The notes under the pieces: generated by a model
What the model saw: the letters and a program-made list of their open reading frames with translations, nothing else
Told to the model about the DNA's origin: nothing
Databases searched by the model: none
Position numbers and translations under genes: made by a program
Part shown: one piece after another, positions 1 through 11,958 of the stretch
Numbering within the stretch: the stretch's first letter is position 1
How the letters are laid out: each line of letters starts with the position of its first letter
DNA from: Octopus vulgaris
Lineage: Eukaryota
Direction: 5' to 3'
NCBI GenBank assembly: GCA_951406725.2
Contig: OX597818.1
Span: forward strand, 31,000,001-31,064,000
Length of the DNA: 64,000 nucleotides

Positions 1-9
1 TCCGATTTA

Positions 10-160
10 ATGTTTTGTGTTCAAATGCCACTGAGGTCGACTTTGCCTTTCATCCTTTCGGGATCGATAAAATAAGTACCAGTTGAGTACTGAGGTCGAT
101 ATAATTGACTTTCTCCTTCCCATGAAATTGCTGGCGTTGTGCCATAATTTAAAACCAATA
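10..160 (+). mobile_element. SINE family A, decayed copy
   Basis: Contains gaggtcgactttgcctttcatcctttcgggatcgataaaataagtaccag, a core repeated many times in the window. Confidence 0.75.
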
Positions 161-660
161 TATTTGATGTAGTTAACATGAAAAATTTTCAATGCTTATG
201 TGCTAAGGAAAATACATTAGCTTAATGACTAAATTTTCTCAGTGATTTTATCATCCCCACTTCGAGAAGTACTGTGAAGTCTATGATCTTTAACTGGTTT
301 GATGGAAGAAAAAGCTCGTTGACATGTAGACTTAACAAACAAGCGGTTTGATTTTTTTAAAGAACTGATCACAAGTTATATGTTTAATACTTACTATTTT
401 TCTACAAAACATTGAATTTGTTTTACAGCTGTATATTTCTACCTGTTCCTAGTCAAAAATGTGTTACACTGCTGTGCAGCGTTCGAACATCTTTAAGGTT
501 TATATTTGTGAAAGACTTAACACAAGTGTATTTTTCCATCAAAAGGAAAAATTATAAACTCATTTATCCAAAGAAAATAAGCTAATTTAGAAAGTCTTAC
601 TCGTTCCGGTTTATGAAGTATTTACATTAAAAAAATATAATATAATGACATACAATTGAT

Positions 661-711
661 AGAATATGGTAGAATATGGTAGAATATGGTAGAATGATAG
701 AATATGGTAGA
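661..711 (+). repeat. 10-bp minisatellite (AGAATATGGT) x~5
   Basis: Direct tandem copies, one truncated. Confidence 0.9.
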
Positions 712-1035
712 AAACATAACTGAAACTTATTTCAGAATGTATATATAGAAATTATTAAGAAATAGTGACGGAAATTCTAGAAATTGCATCAGATTAAAAA
801 TGAAGATAAAGAAAAGGGGAGAACAGCATTGATGAAAATTTGGTGAGTGAAGAAAGTAGAGGAAGAATACTTAAGAAATCGAAGAAAATATGTGAAAAGA
901 TGAGTGAAATTGAGAATAAGTTAGAAATTTATAAATGTAGAAGAAAGTAAAAGAGTATGAGAAATAGGATGAGATGACGTTCAATAGAAGAAAAAAATGC
1001 CAACAACAATAAAGTAATCCTAAATGGTTAGCGTC

Positions 1036-1042
<7 letters not shown>

Positions 1043-1091
<49 letters not shown>
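1043..1091 (+). repeat. (AG)n microsatellite
   Basis: Direct reading. Confidence 0.95.
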
Positions 1092-1094
<3 letters not shown>

Positions 1095-2027
1095 AATGGA
1101 CACAATCAGATAGTGGAATTAAAGAGAAAAAAATGAAGACATTATGAAAGCTAGTAAAATGTAAATATAAGTATAAATACGAATATAAATATATTTGTAA
1201 TATTGAAAATTAAGTAAAAAATATGAAAGATTAAAGGGTGGTTTATAAAAATATAATTTAAAAAATAATGATGGAAAATGATAAAGAATGAGGTGACAGA
1301 AAAAGAAACGCAAAACGAAAAAAAAACCCCTCCAAACTAAATAGTGAAATTTTGTAAGTGGTAGAAAATATGAAAACGGGGGAAAAAAATTGGATAAAAA
1401 TTTGAGTAGGTAGTCTAGAATATAGAAAAAAAAAGCAAGTGGAAAGTAAAAGAAAGAAATGGTGTGATAGAAGACGACAGATAAGACTAAAAAATATCAT
1501 TGAGAAACGAAAACGCTAAAAGAAAATGTATGTAGGTAGGGAAAAATAACAGATATAATGTTAGGAAAACAGAAAATAAATTACTGAAACTAAGGAAAGA
1601 AAACGACAAAAAACAAATTTACTACTGAATGTGATTCTATATTCCTGCATCAACTGCCGTGTTACATTTACAGCTGTTACAGCTGCTGCTGTTACTTCTG
1701 CTGTTGTCGCTGTTGTGGCTATTCTTGTTCCATAATAAATACTCACTTTATATCCACATGAATTTAGTTTCACTGTAGCCTAGTTACTAATTTTTGTTGT
1801 TGCTGATATTCTCTTCTGTACTTTATCCACTTGTCTACTCTTATCGAACAGACATAGTAAAGGCATCCCATCCATGACCATCAGATCTTGCTTGATATAT
1901 ATTTTTCTCCAGAACTACAATAACCAATATGTTCTTTCTTGTTAAAGATAGCAGATTAAGATTTGAGGAAGATTTTGCCTTCCTTTTCTCATCACTTTAT
2001 CTTTTAAGATCGTAAGGTGTAATAAAG

Positions 2028-2360
2028 GGTGAAAAAATCTCCTTCGGTCATTAATGACCGTGGGACTGCACATAGAAAGTTCCTTTCCGAGGCGCAAATC
2101 GGGGCAAGGTTGTTTATGGAAGACCAGCAGTCACCCTTGCTTACCAGCCTCTCCTCTTCATGCTACCGATGTTATCCAAGGGAAAAGCAAAGGCCGATAC
2201 AGCTTGGCACCAATAACGCTGTAACTCATTTCTACAGCTGAGTGAACTGGAGCAACGTGAAATAGTCTTGCTGAAGAACATAACACACAGCCTGGCCCAG
2301 GAATTGAACTTAGTATCTCATAATTGTGAGTTTGACTCTCTGACCACTGAACCATGTGAT
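2028..2360 (-). mobile_element. tRNA-derived SINE (family D), older copy
   Basis: Minus strand has A-box-like tggttcagtggtcag and B-box-like agttcaattcc, followed by tttcacgttgctccagttcactcagctg..aaatgagt; related decayed copies near 35250-35495 and 60490-60665. Confidence 0.6.
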
Positions 2361-2569
2361 ATGAGTGAAACAAAACTGCACTTTTAGCAGCGTAGAGGTT
2401 CTTTCGTTGGCACGTCAGTGTTCACTTTTCATTGGTGTCTGTATGTGTAGGGTTTGATAAGAGTGAAAAATGCTGTTATTTACATAAATTGACCATATCA
2501 GATTTCCTGGGGTAATGTTTATTTATCCGGATATACGTCACTTGGGAGTTGGTGATTAGGGAGACTACT

Positions 2570-2990
2570 GTTTGGTCTTATGCGATAGATACTTGAAGAA
2601 AGGAGAGATTATTTTAGGAATTATATCAACATTTGATAAAATTTTGATAAAGTAGTATCACAACTGTTTTTCTCAGGGAACTCGTAGGAAATGCTTCACT
2701 CATTCTAATTATGCCATTATTTGTTGCTATTCAAATTTGGTACCCTTTCGTAATGCTTACTTTACATATAATATAATGTTTCATGAATACTTCTGTTTAT
2801 TCAAATATTAAAGTGTCTTCTACGTTTGAGTTTCCAGATACATTGGGAGAAAGCTGTTGAATTGATTATGCCTCTGGATCTAAAGAAATGATTACCTGTG
2901 AACACCGGGTCTTCAGGCGTTCTCTGTACTTCCCATCTTCTGTTACAAAGCACATTCGATAGGAATTTTCCATAAAGTGAGGATGATTCT
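2570..2990 (-). mobile_element. Highly decayed Penelope-like element (GIY-YIG C-terminal region)
   Basis: Minus translation RERLKTRC..NSTAFSQCIWKLKRRRHFNI resembles the PLE motif NSTxLSxYIWKLK; many stops and frameshifts. Confidence 0.4.
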
Positions 2991-3633
2991 ACACTTAAAT
3001 TAATGGTGTCGGACTACTTCATGTATTGTAAAGCATTATGGTGGAAAATTTGAAAGTCTGTATTATCCAAGCAGCTATAGCTGTCATACACGCAATTTTT
3101 GCTGAAAAATCTTGTGGTAGTCGTGTTATGGGGAATATTTGCATATCAGTGGTACGAGGAATTTTTACTTTCACTATATGCAAAATAACACCCCCACCCA
3201 CACACTTAGCCATAGCAAATGCTACTTGTTGTATAGCACATGCTACTTGTGCATTCTCAGTCATTAAATATTTCGTTTAGCTGAACTAAAATTGTCCTGT
3301 CCAGACTCATTGGCATCGATCGTCTATGGTGATGGCTCCTCGCTGCTCGACGATGAGGATTCGGTTGTTTGATCAATTGAATTACTTACTCTTGAACTAA
3401 AGTATACACGACTGAGCTTTTCACAGGAATGTGCTTCCTTAACGTCATTATTAGGCAAAATCCTCGCAATATAAGGTGTGACGAGACTGTACTTCTTGAA
3501 TTATAAGTGCAATTAACTCGATAGGATTCTGTAGAGATTCAGTCCACCTAATTTTACTGACAAGCAACACGAAGCTATAGGAAACTTTTGCCAAAGATGT
3601 TACGCTACACACTAGTATATACGTTATATATAC

Positions 3634-3635
<2 letters not shown>

Positions 3636-3664
<29 letters not shown>

Positions 3665-3826
3665 TGTATGTATGTATGTATGTATGTATGTATGTATGTA
3701 TGCATGCATGCATGCATGTATGTATGTATTTATGTATGTGTGTATGTATGTATGTATGTATGTATGTATGCACGTATGTATGTATGTATGTATGTATGTA
3801 TGTATGCCCGTATGTATGTATGTATG

Positions 3827-3858
<32 letters not shown>

Positions 3859-3930
3859 CATGTGTGTAGTATGTATGTATGTATGTATATATATATGCAT
3901 GTTTCCATGTATGTATGTATATGTATGCAT
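3636..3930 (+). repeat. (TATG)n microsatellite
   Basis: Direct reading; source of the MYVC/HTYI pseudo-ORFs. Confidence 0.95.
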
Positions 3931-4372
3931 GTGTGAATGTGTGTGTGTAATGTATGCACGCATGTATCTTGTCTTCTGTACAACGAGTCTACGATCCTAA
4001 TTCATTATGGCTACTTGTACTACTTTTATTAAATCTTCTAAGTAAGCTCTAATTCATGTTATAACTCACAAGCAAAGAAAATTGAATTAAAACAACCAGA
4101 ACTATCTTAAATATGTGAAACAAAGTAATCGAGTTCGGCCAATACCAGCTGACGTTTTAATGAGAAAACGAGAAGCACATTTTAAATAACTGGAATTACT
4201 TTAATCAGGAGCCAATCAGATATTCTAATAAATTCATCACTTTATTGCAGGATCACAACTGGTCAACTAAAATTCACACACACACACACACACATACACA
4301 CACACACAACACACACACACAAACACGTCTGCTTTTTGCTATTTGATCCCTTACGTAATCGAGGAAATATGT

Positions 4373-4765
4373 TACTCTTTTACTCTTTTACTTGTTTCAG
4401 TCATTTGACTCCGGCCATGCTGGAGCATCACCTTTGGTCGAGCAAATCGACCCCAGGACTTAGTCTTTGTAAACCTAGTACTTATTCTATCGTTCTCTTT
4501 TGCCAAACCGCTATGTTACGGGGACGTAAACACACCCGTATCGGTTATCAAGCGATGTTGATGGGGGGGGGACAAATACAGACACAAATATATACACATA
4601 CACATACATATATGTATACATATATACGACGAGCTTCTTTTAGTTTCCGTCTACCAAATCCACTCACAAGGCTTTGGTCGGCTCGAGGTGCCACGCAGTG
4701 GGACTGAACCCGGAACCATGTGGTTGGTAAGCAAGCTACTTACCACACAGCCACTCCTACGCCTA
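4373..4765 (-). mobile_element. SINE family B (CORE-like, internal microsatellite), with small deletion
   Basis: Reverse complement of ggcgtaggagtggctgtgtggtaag...gactgaaacaagtaaaagagtaaaagag. Confidence 0.85.
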
Positions 4766-5039
4766 TGTTGCAGAAAAATTATTGCTGTTACTATGATAGA
4801 TTAAAAACAATGGCTGCATTTAGTAATCCATTAACTGAAACCTGTGAAAGAATGGCAAAAATGGAGGAATGTGTGAAATTGCAAGAAGCTAATGAGAGTA
4901 CTTTTGAATAGTCGCAAGACAGCTCTACTAGAAATAGGAGTTAAGTCTCACTGGAATCACTCCCTATAATCATAAATAAAGAAGAATATATTAGATTTTT
5001 TGCGTAATAAGATAAAAAAACCCAAGGCTGTATAGATAT

Positions 5040-5430
5040 TAGAGCATTTATAGATAGAAGGTCTTACAGCTGTTTCAAGGATATTTATTAATAATATCCC
5101 TTCATCGGAGACACAAAGATGGGATGAACAAGATTAAAACGTCATTGCCCAAGTCACTACGATTTAGGGATGTATACTGGAGTTTATAAAGAAACGGTCC
5201 TGATTGATGGAAAGCTTTTAGGTGTGATAATTCCGTCTATTTAAGTTGTATCATATGCTACAGTATCTTAAGTGACGATTGGATGTGATTCAAGGGATAT
5301 TTTGTTGAGAGAATGAATTTGTTGCGGTACTACGTTGGCTTGATTGCGGTGCGGGATTGAGTGGCAATGGGTGCGTCAAACAGTGTTTCTGTGCGAAGCA
5401 GTTGCTCCGCGTCAGATAATGAAATATTAA
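5040..5430 (-). mobile_element. Penelope-like element 3' end with hammerhead-bearing pLTR
   Basis: Minus strand LN(S)RTAIKPT*YRNKFIL resembles the PLE C-terminus LNxRSExxxxCRHRNKF; followed by an HHR motif. Confidence 0.6.
5061..5112 (-). ncRNA. Minimal type I hammerhead motif, core mutated (CCGAUGA)
   Basis: gtct-CCGATGA-agggatatt/aatatcctt-GAAA-cagctg-TA-agac; stems I and II pair, palindromic stem III. Confidence 0.75.
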
Positions 5431-5679
5431 TAAACCTATCAAGACATCAGTTTCTGTCACTGACAGATTTTCTTGAGATTTATTCATGGATGTGAAAATA
5501 TGAAGCTGAACATTTCAGCAAATGTTTAAGAAATATAAAAGAAGAAACAAAATTGCGTTGAATAAATAAATATATAAATAAATAAACAAGTAAAATAAAT
5601 AAAACAACCAAATAATCATAATCATCTAATATGTGTGTATATTTGTATGTATATATTCATGCGTATAATATCTATATAT

Positions 5680-5965
<286 letters not shown>

Positions 5966-6391
5966 GTGTGTGTATGCACATACATGCGTGTGTGTGTGTA
6001 TGTCAATTTGTTCATTGGTTTATTGTTTTTTTTTACTACCTGTCTGTCAGTTTATGTCACTGATTCTGGATGTTTGTGAAGCCCGCGCTTCTCTGTTTAT
6101 GTCTTCGGTCTATCAACTACTTAAAAAAAAATTCTTATAATTTATTCAAAACTTAATGGAAGAGAATGGATGACAACTGTTATTTGTATCTATACCTCTG
6201 CACATAAAGAAAGTAGAGAAAGTAGGAGTTTCAATTTCAGAATATGTTTGTTCACTATATAGTTTTCGTTCACCAGTTTTGTAGTGTTTCTTTAGGAACT
6301 TGTGTGTGTGTTTTGTGATATGTTGATTGGAGTAGATGAAGAAACTGTGGCTGATTTCATTGGTAGTTAAAACTGTGTTTGTGGATTTCAG

Positions 6392-6422
<31 letters not shown>

Positions 6423-6423
<1 letters not shown>

Positions 6424-6960
6424 CTTCTTCTTCTTCTTCTTCTTCTTCTTCTTCTTCTTCTTCTTCTTCTTCTTCTTCTTCTTCTTCTTCCAATCAGGAC
6501 TCACGCCATTAGCCACAAAGAATAATCACTCTAATTCGAGTCAACTCTAAGCTACTAAGAATGCATGTGGCAACTTCAAGATCCACCCACCACACGTGAT
6601 AGACTGGCGATTGCACGGGCGCGAAAGCTACCTTGTTATCCTCATTCCGTAAACGATGGCTTTTTAATTAATGGGTGGAGAGCTGAACCATCCTGGGGTA
6701 CAGAGGATTTGCAATCTAGACTAGGGTCTGAAAGTTTACCACACTATAGTGGGTTACACAATGGTTCCTCTGCTTTGTGGCAGGTAGGAAGCAAGAGTGA
6801 GAGAAAGTTGTGGTGAAAGAGTACAGCGGGGTTCACCACTATCCCCACTGGAGCCTCGTAGAGCTTAGGTGCTTTTGCTCAATAAACACTCACAATGCCC
6901 AGTCTGGGAAGCGAAACCGCGTTCTTACAACCGCGAGTCCGCTGCCCTAATCACTGAAGT
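6423..6960 (-). mobile_element. SINE family C, tail variant 2, with (GAA)n tail
   Basis: Near-complete reverse-complement homologue of 52343-52841; tRNA-like head ttagggcagcggactcgcgg. Confidence 0.85.
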
Positions 6961-6980
6961 GGCAATATATCATATATGTC

Positions 6981-7160
6981 AGGCGGTGAGCTGACAGAAT
7001 CGTTAGCACTCCGGACAAAATGCTTAGCGGCATTTCCTACGTCTTGATGTTCTGAGTTCAGATTCCGCCTCCTTTTGGTATCGAGGAAATAAGTACCACT
7101 TGAGCACTGGGATCGATATAATCGAACTACCTGGCCGTGTGCCAAAATTTGAAGCCAATA
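6981..7160 (+). mobile_element. SINE family A, decayed
   Basis: ggcggtgagctgacagaatcgttagcactccggacaaaatgcttagcgg head. Confidence 0.75.
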
Positions 7161-7228
7161 TATCAACTATATGGGAAGTTCATGAGTAGAGGTGTTGAGT
7201 GTATTGGTTGGAATTAATTTATTGCTAG

Positions 7229-7518
7229 CAGTGCTGAATTAACCATTAAGCAAAATAAGCACGTATTTAGGGCATCAAGGGAAAATGAAGCATCATAGAA
7301 ATGTAAAAAGGTTTACGGCACAAAAGAAATCACTTTAAATAAAGCGGAAGCATACAAAAATAAACGTTATTTTCCGCTTTACTATTAGTTTTGTTTCATT
7401 TTAAAAATAAAAAAATATTTTATGGTTTATTATCATTTATATATTGAATTACATATATACGGGAGCACCAAAATCTTTTAAGTGCTTAGGGCTCCTATAG
7501 GTCTTAACCTCCCCCCCC
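7229..7518. mobile_element. Putative non-autonomous hAT-like MITE, decayed
   Basis: Begins cagtgctgaattaacc and ends gcttagggc...ggtcttaacctcccc, resembling CAGGGCCGGATTAA.../...TTAATCCGGCCCTG type elements. Confidence 0.4.
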
Positions 7519-7537
7519 GGTTGTGAAGGAGAAATAT

Positions 7538-7575
<38 letters not shown>

Positions 7576-7649
7576 GTGTTATGAAAATGAGTATTAAATA
7601 TTTTGATAGGTCTGTGTGATATTGCTTCATTTGATTTTGTTGGGCTTTA

Positions 7650-9186
7650 GAATTATCTTGAGTTTGTCCAGAGTCCAGATTCCAGAGTATTAAATAGTAG
7701 TTTTACTAAGTAGTTTAGGCGTATGCTTATAATTTTATCTGAATTAAAGAATATTGAGTGAGTTTTAAGATTTTCTTGTGGTCCAAAGTGTTTGAAATTG
7801 CAATCGGGTTGGAAGATGCATATTTTACGTTTTGTATTCTTGCCCATTTCGTGTGTGTAATGCAAATGATATTTTCAAAAAGTTTAAATAGTACATTCAT
7901 TTGCTGTTGGTCTGCAGGGAAGTTCTTTGAAGCTGTAAATGTGATATGAGGTGTGATGTGGCAGTGGTTGTTTTCGATACTGTTTATGCACCAAATGTGG
8001 CGTTTTTTCTGTTTATTTTGTGGTTCATGTTGAATACAAATAATTACTGGTTTACTGTTTGCCTTATGGTTCATTTTCTGTGATATTTTCTCTAGCTGTT
8101 TGATATCGAGTTTTATTTCTGTTGTGTAGTGTTTGTGCATTGTGTTTGAAACTGCCTTTTGTTTCTATAAGGTTAGTTCTATCTGTAATTGGGTTTATAA
8201 CTTTTTGTTACTCTGTGGACTTTGTTTCGTATTTTGTTTTTGGATTCGTCTGTATATATTCCCTTCAATGTATATCATGGAGACATGTGTTGGTCATTGT
8301 GGTTTGTTGAAATCTGTGAAACTTAGTTCTGTTTCCTAGGGGAATTGGCTTCTGTAGGCATCTTTTGGGGTTTGTAAAAATGAATTTTTATTTTGTTTCC
8401 TGAAGCGTGAATGTTTTGTGATGATGAGTGGAAGGAGGTCGGAGCAGTGTTAAAGTATTGGTTGTCATAAGACTGTGGTGGCCAAGTGTACTGGAGTAGA
8501 GTGTGATGCAAAGTGAAAGGTTGTTGTTAGATTCGGGTGTATATGGGTATATTATTATGGGTAGTTTTAGGATATAGATGGAGCTTAGTTGTAATGATAA
8601 TGTCTTGAATCTTGTGTTATCTCTATTAATTTTTTAGCAGGATGTGTTGTGCGTATTGAATCTTTCTCTTGTAATGATGCTTGTGAGAATGTTAAGGTTG
8701 ATGTATTTGAGGTGTGTGAATTGCTTTGACTGTTAGTGATATTGTCGGCAGAATACATATATATGTATGTATGGTTGTGTGCATATATGTGTGTGTGTGG
8801 AGGCGCAATGGCCCAGTGGTTAGGGCAGCGGACTCGCGGTCATAGAATCGCGGTTTCGATTCCCAGACCGGGCGTTGTGAGTGTTTATTGAGCGAAAACA
8901 CCTAAAAGCTCCACGAGGCTCCGGCAGGGGATGGTGGTGATCCCTGCTGCACTCTTTCACCACAACTTTCTCTCACTCTTACTTCCTGTTTCTGTTGTAC
9001 CTGTATTTCAAAGGGCCTGCCTTGTCACTCTCTGTGTCACGCTGAATATCCCCGAGAACTACCTTAAGGGTGCACGTGTCTGTGGAGTGCTCAGCCACTT
9101 ACACGTTAATTTCACGAGCAGGCTGTTCCTTTGATTCGGATCAACCGGAACCCTCATCGTCGTAACCGACGGAGTGCTTCCACATA

Positions 9187-9245
<59 letters not shown>

Positions 9246-9440
9246 CTCTTTCTCTCTCTCCCTCTCTCCCTCTCTTTCTCTCTTGTATAATCTCTCCATT
9301 ATATTATATATATAAAGTAAATGTGTTGTTGAATTTCAAATTGAATGCTTATATATCTATCGAATTGTCGGGATCCATTAAGGAATGTCTGTTGGTTGTT
9401 GTACTTTTGAACTAGATGCATGATTTAGTATATGTTAAGA
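7650..9440 (-). mobile_element. Decayed Penelope-like RT/GIY-YIG remnant interrupted by a SINE C
   Basis: Scattered motif-like peptides in the expected order: LNHASS..DIP, S.H..TFSQA, NPIAISNTLDH, LLFNTLESGL; strongly CA-rich coding strand. Confidence 0.4.
8799..9181 (+). mobile_element. SINE family C (tRNA-derived head, possibly tRNA-Arg), tail variant 1
   Basis: A box tggcccagtgg, B-box-like gtttcgattcc; highly similar to 60092-60473. Confidence 0.9.
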
Positions 9441-9910
9441 GGCTTTCTCTGTACTGTGGATTAATCTGCAAAGTTTTATCATTAATGTTTTACAACAGAA
9501 GCTACAAAATCCACTCACTTTTCAGAGAAGATTAAACAACTTACAATCACACTCGGTAAGATAAACATACCATTCTGACAAAAGACAGAAATGTTACAAG
9601 TTGCGTACATCTCTACAGCATTCACAGCACATACAGAAGGTATAGTAACGGTTACTAAACGCTGTACTAAAATCCAGCACTCACAACTTATCACCTCAGC
9701 TGGCGTATAAACAATATCTTAGGGTCATGATGAACGGTAGATATAATAGACCTGATAAGAACCCAATCTCTCTGAAGTGGATTACAATAAATTACAACGT
9801 ACCCAAAATACTGCATTTCATAGAAACATGTGCTGCACTCCTTTACACTTTATACACACACACACACACACACATACATACATACATACATACATACATA
9901 CATACATACA

Positions 9911-9944
<34 letters not shown>

Positions 9945-10060
9945 CATACATACATAGATGCATACATGTTTATATTATATTAGAGGAGACGTCGAATCCA
10001 AGGCAGAACGAGTATCTTAAATCATTTAGAATAGTTTAACTAGGGTAAGGTGAATTTGAA

Positions 10061-10119
10061 GACTTACAGCTGTTTCTGGGATAGCATATCCGTGCACTGG
10101 GTATTTCGTCATCAGAGAC
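10061..10119 (-). ncRNA. Hammerhead motif, decayed stems
   Basis: gtct-CTGATGA-...-GAAA-cagctg-TA-agtc; core intact, stems I and II with mismatches. Confidence 0.65.
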
Positions 10120-10125
10120 AAGGTA

Positions 10126-10541
10126 TACTCTTTTACTCATTTACTTGTTTCAGTCATTTGATTGTGGCCATGCTGGAGCACCGCCATTAATCGAGCAACT
10201 CGACCCCGGGATTTATTCTTTTTGTAAGCCCAGTACTTATTCTATCGGTCTCTTTTGCCGAACCGCTAAGTAACGGGGACATAAGCACACCAGCATCGGT
10301 TGTCAAGCAATGCTAGGGGGACAAACACAGACACAGAAACACACACACGCACACACACATATATATATATATATATATACATATATACGACGGTTTCCGT
10401 CTACCAAATCCACTCACAAGGCTTTGGTCGGCCCGAGGCTATAGTAGAAGACGCTTGCCCAAGGTGCCACGCAGTGGGACTGAACCCAGAACCATGTGGT
10501 TGGTAAACAAGCTACTTACCACACAGCCACTCCTGCTCCTA
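10126..10541 (-). mobile_element. SINE family B
   Basis: Full head, internal (CA)/(TA) tract and 3' body. Confidence 0.9.
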
Positions 10542-10786
10542 TAAACTGAATATTTTAGATGGGGAAAATTTACAGTTTACAAGGAATAAACTTCTCAGTT
10601 TATAAGGATTAAAACAGAAGAATAGAGAGTAAAAGTAGTTGGAAGAATATCCGCCTATATTCTTCTAACTACTTTTACTCTTTATTCTGCTATTTTACTA
10701 CTTTATTTTGCTATTTTATTCCTTATAAACTGTAAATTTTATTCCTTGTAAACTGTAAATTATCCCCGTCTAAAATATTCATAACT

Positions 10787-10864
10787 AGTCTCTGATGACG
10801 GAATACTCAGTGCACGGATATGCTAACTAACCACTAAGGTTATTCCGGAAACAGCTGTAAGGCT
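10787..10864 (+). ncRNA. Type I hammerhead ribozyme, intact core
   Basis: agtct-CTGATGA(10792-98)-cggaata...tattccg-GAAA(10848-51)-cagctg-TA-aggct; predicted cleavage after A10859 (GUA). Confidence 0.85.
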
Positions 10865-11195
10865 TCAATTTCACCTTACCCTAATTAAATTATTCTAAAT
10901 GACTTGAGATACTCGTTCTGCGTTGGTTTTGATTTTTCCTCTCATATAATATATACATATTATAACGGTATCCTAACACGGATCCCTAGATCCAGCTTAG
11001 CTGTGATCTTGGAACCTAATGGTCGACCAACTATGGCACTCACCCAGCGTACCTGTTCGTTTAGATCACAAGTGAGCTTATCCCTTCATATTCTCTCTCC
11101 CTCTCTCTCTATACACACACACACACACACACACATATATGTATATACATATATATATCAAATGAATAATGACATACGATGGGTAATTGTTAATT

Positions 11196-11275
11196 CATTA
11201 CATTTATTTCTTACATAACTTTTAATAGAAGAATGAGAACATTACATCAGTATAAAAGACCGTAATCATCAGATG
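11196..11275 (-). ncRNA. Type I hammerhead motif
   Basis: cat-CTGATGA-ttacggtctttta...taaaagttatgtaa-GAAA-taaatg-TA-atg; stem I cat/atg, stem II ttac/gtaa with extension. Confidence 0.65.
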
Positions 11276-11299
11276 TAAGTAATTTTACAAAATATAAGA

Positions 11300-11354
<55 letters not shown>

Positions 11355-11385
11355 AACGTCAAACCCAAGGCAGAACGAGTATCTC

Positions 11386-11432
<47 letters not shown>

Positions 11433-11435
<3 letters not shown>

Positions 11436-11762
11436 GGTGCGGTGAATAAACTGTCGTCTAAATTACGCAAAAGTGAAAATAACACTGTTATCTCGTTTTA
11501 TCAGATATATTTATCAAAATTACATAAAAATATCTTGATATACTAAGAAATGTTCGTATTGGAGTTTCTGGCGCGAATACCAAACTATACAGCATGTCGT
11601 TTCCAAATTTATCGCAGAGTGAATTGCGCCATAGTGCTGTTTTTTTCACAGACGGTGCCCAGCTGACCCTACTGTACTGTGTAGTCGACAAAATCAAAAA
11701 CAACCAATGTGCATGCGCGAAATTAAAAGTATAAAATGGCGACGATTTACCATCGCACCCCC
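11433..11762. mobile_element. Tc1/mariner-type MITE
   Basis: TA|cagggtgcggtgaataaactgtcg, with an imperfect inverted right end cgacgatttaccatcgcacccc. Confidence 0.6.
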
Positions 11763-11791
11763 TCTCACTCTCTCTATATATATACACACAC

Positions 11792-11958
11792 AAGACGGGC
11801 TTCTTTCAGTTTCCGTCTACTAATTCAACTCACTAGGCTTTAGCCGGCTCGAGGCTACAGTAGAAAATACAGACCCAAAGTACCACGCAGTGGGACTGAA
11901 CCTAGAACGATGTGTAGTTGGGAAGTAAGTTTCTTACCACTGAGCCACGCCTGCGTCT
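11792..11958 (-). mobile_element. SINE family B 5' half
   Basis: gacgggcttctttcagtttccgtctac...accactgagccacgcctgcg. Confidence 0.8.

Larger units (their letters stand above)
9971..10953. mobile_element. Fold-back (palindromic) PLE-pLTR-derived element with two opposite-polarity hammerheads; SINE B inserted in left arm
   Basis: 9971-10125 plus 10542-10650 is the reverse complement of 10657-10953; loop ccgcct at 10651-10656. Confidence 0.85.

Noticed and set aside
3019-3280. Overlapping 80-aa hydrophobic ORFs on both strands
   Set aside because: No recognisable family; adjacent to a decayed PLE remnant
3588-4000. Long ORFs of [20 protein letters not shown] type here and throughout
   Set aside because: Translations of stop-free microsatellites
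8799-8875. SINE C head as a functional tRNA gene
   Set aside because: No proper acceptor stem or T-run terminator; continues into SINE body
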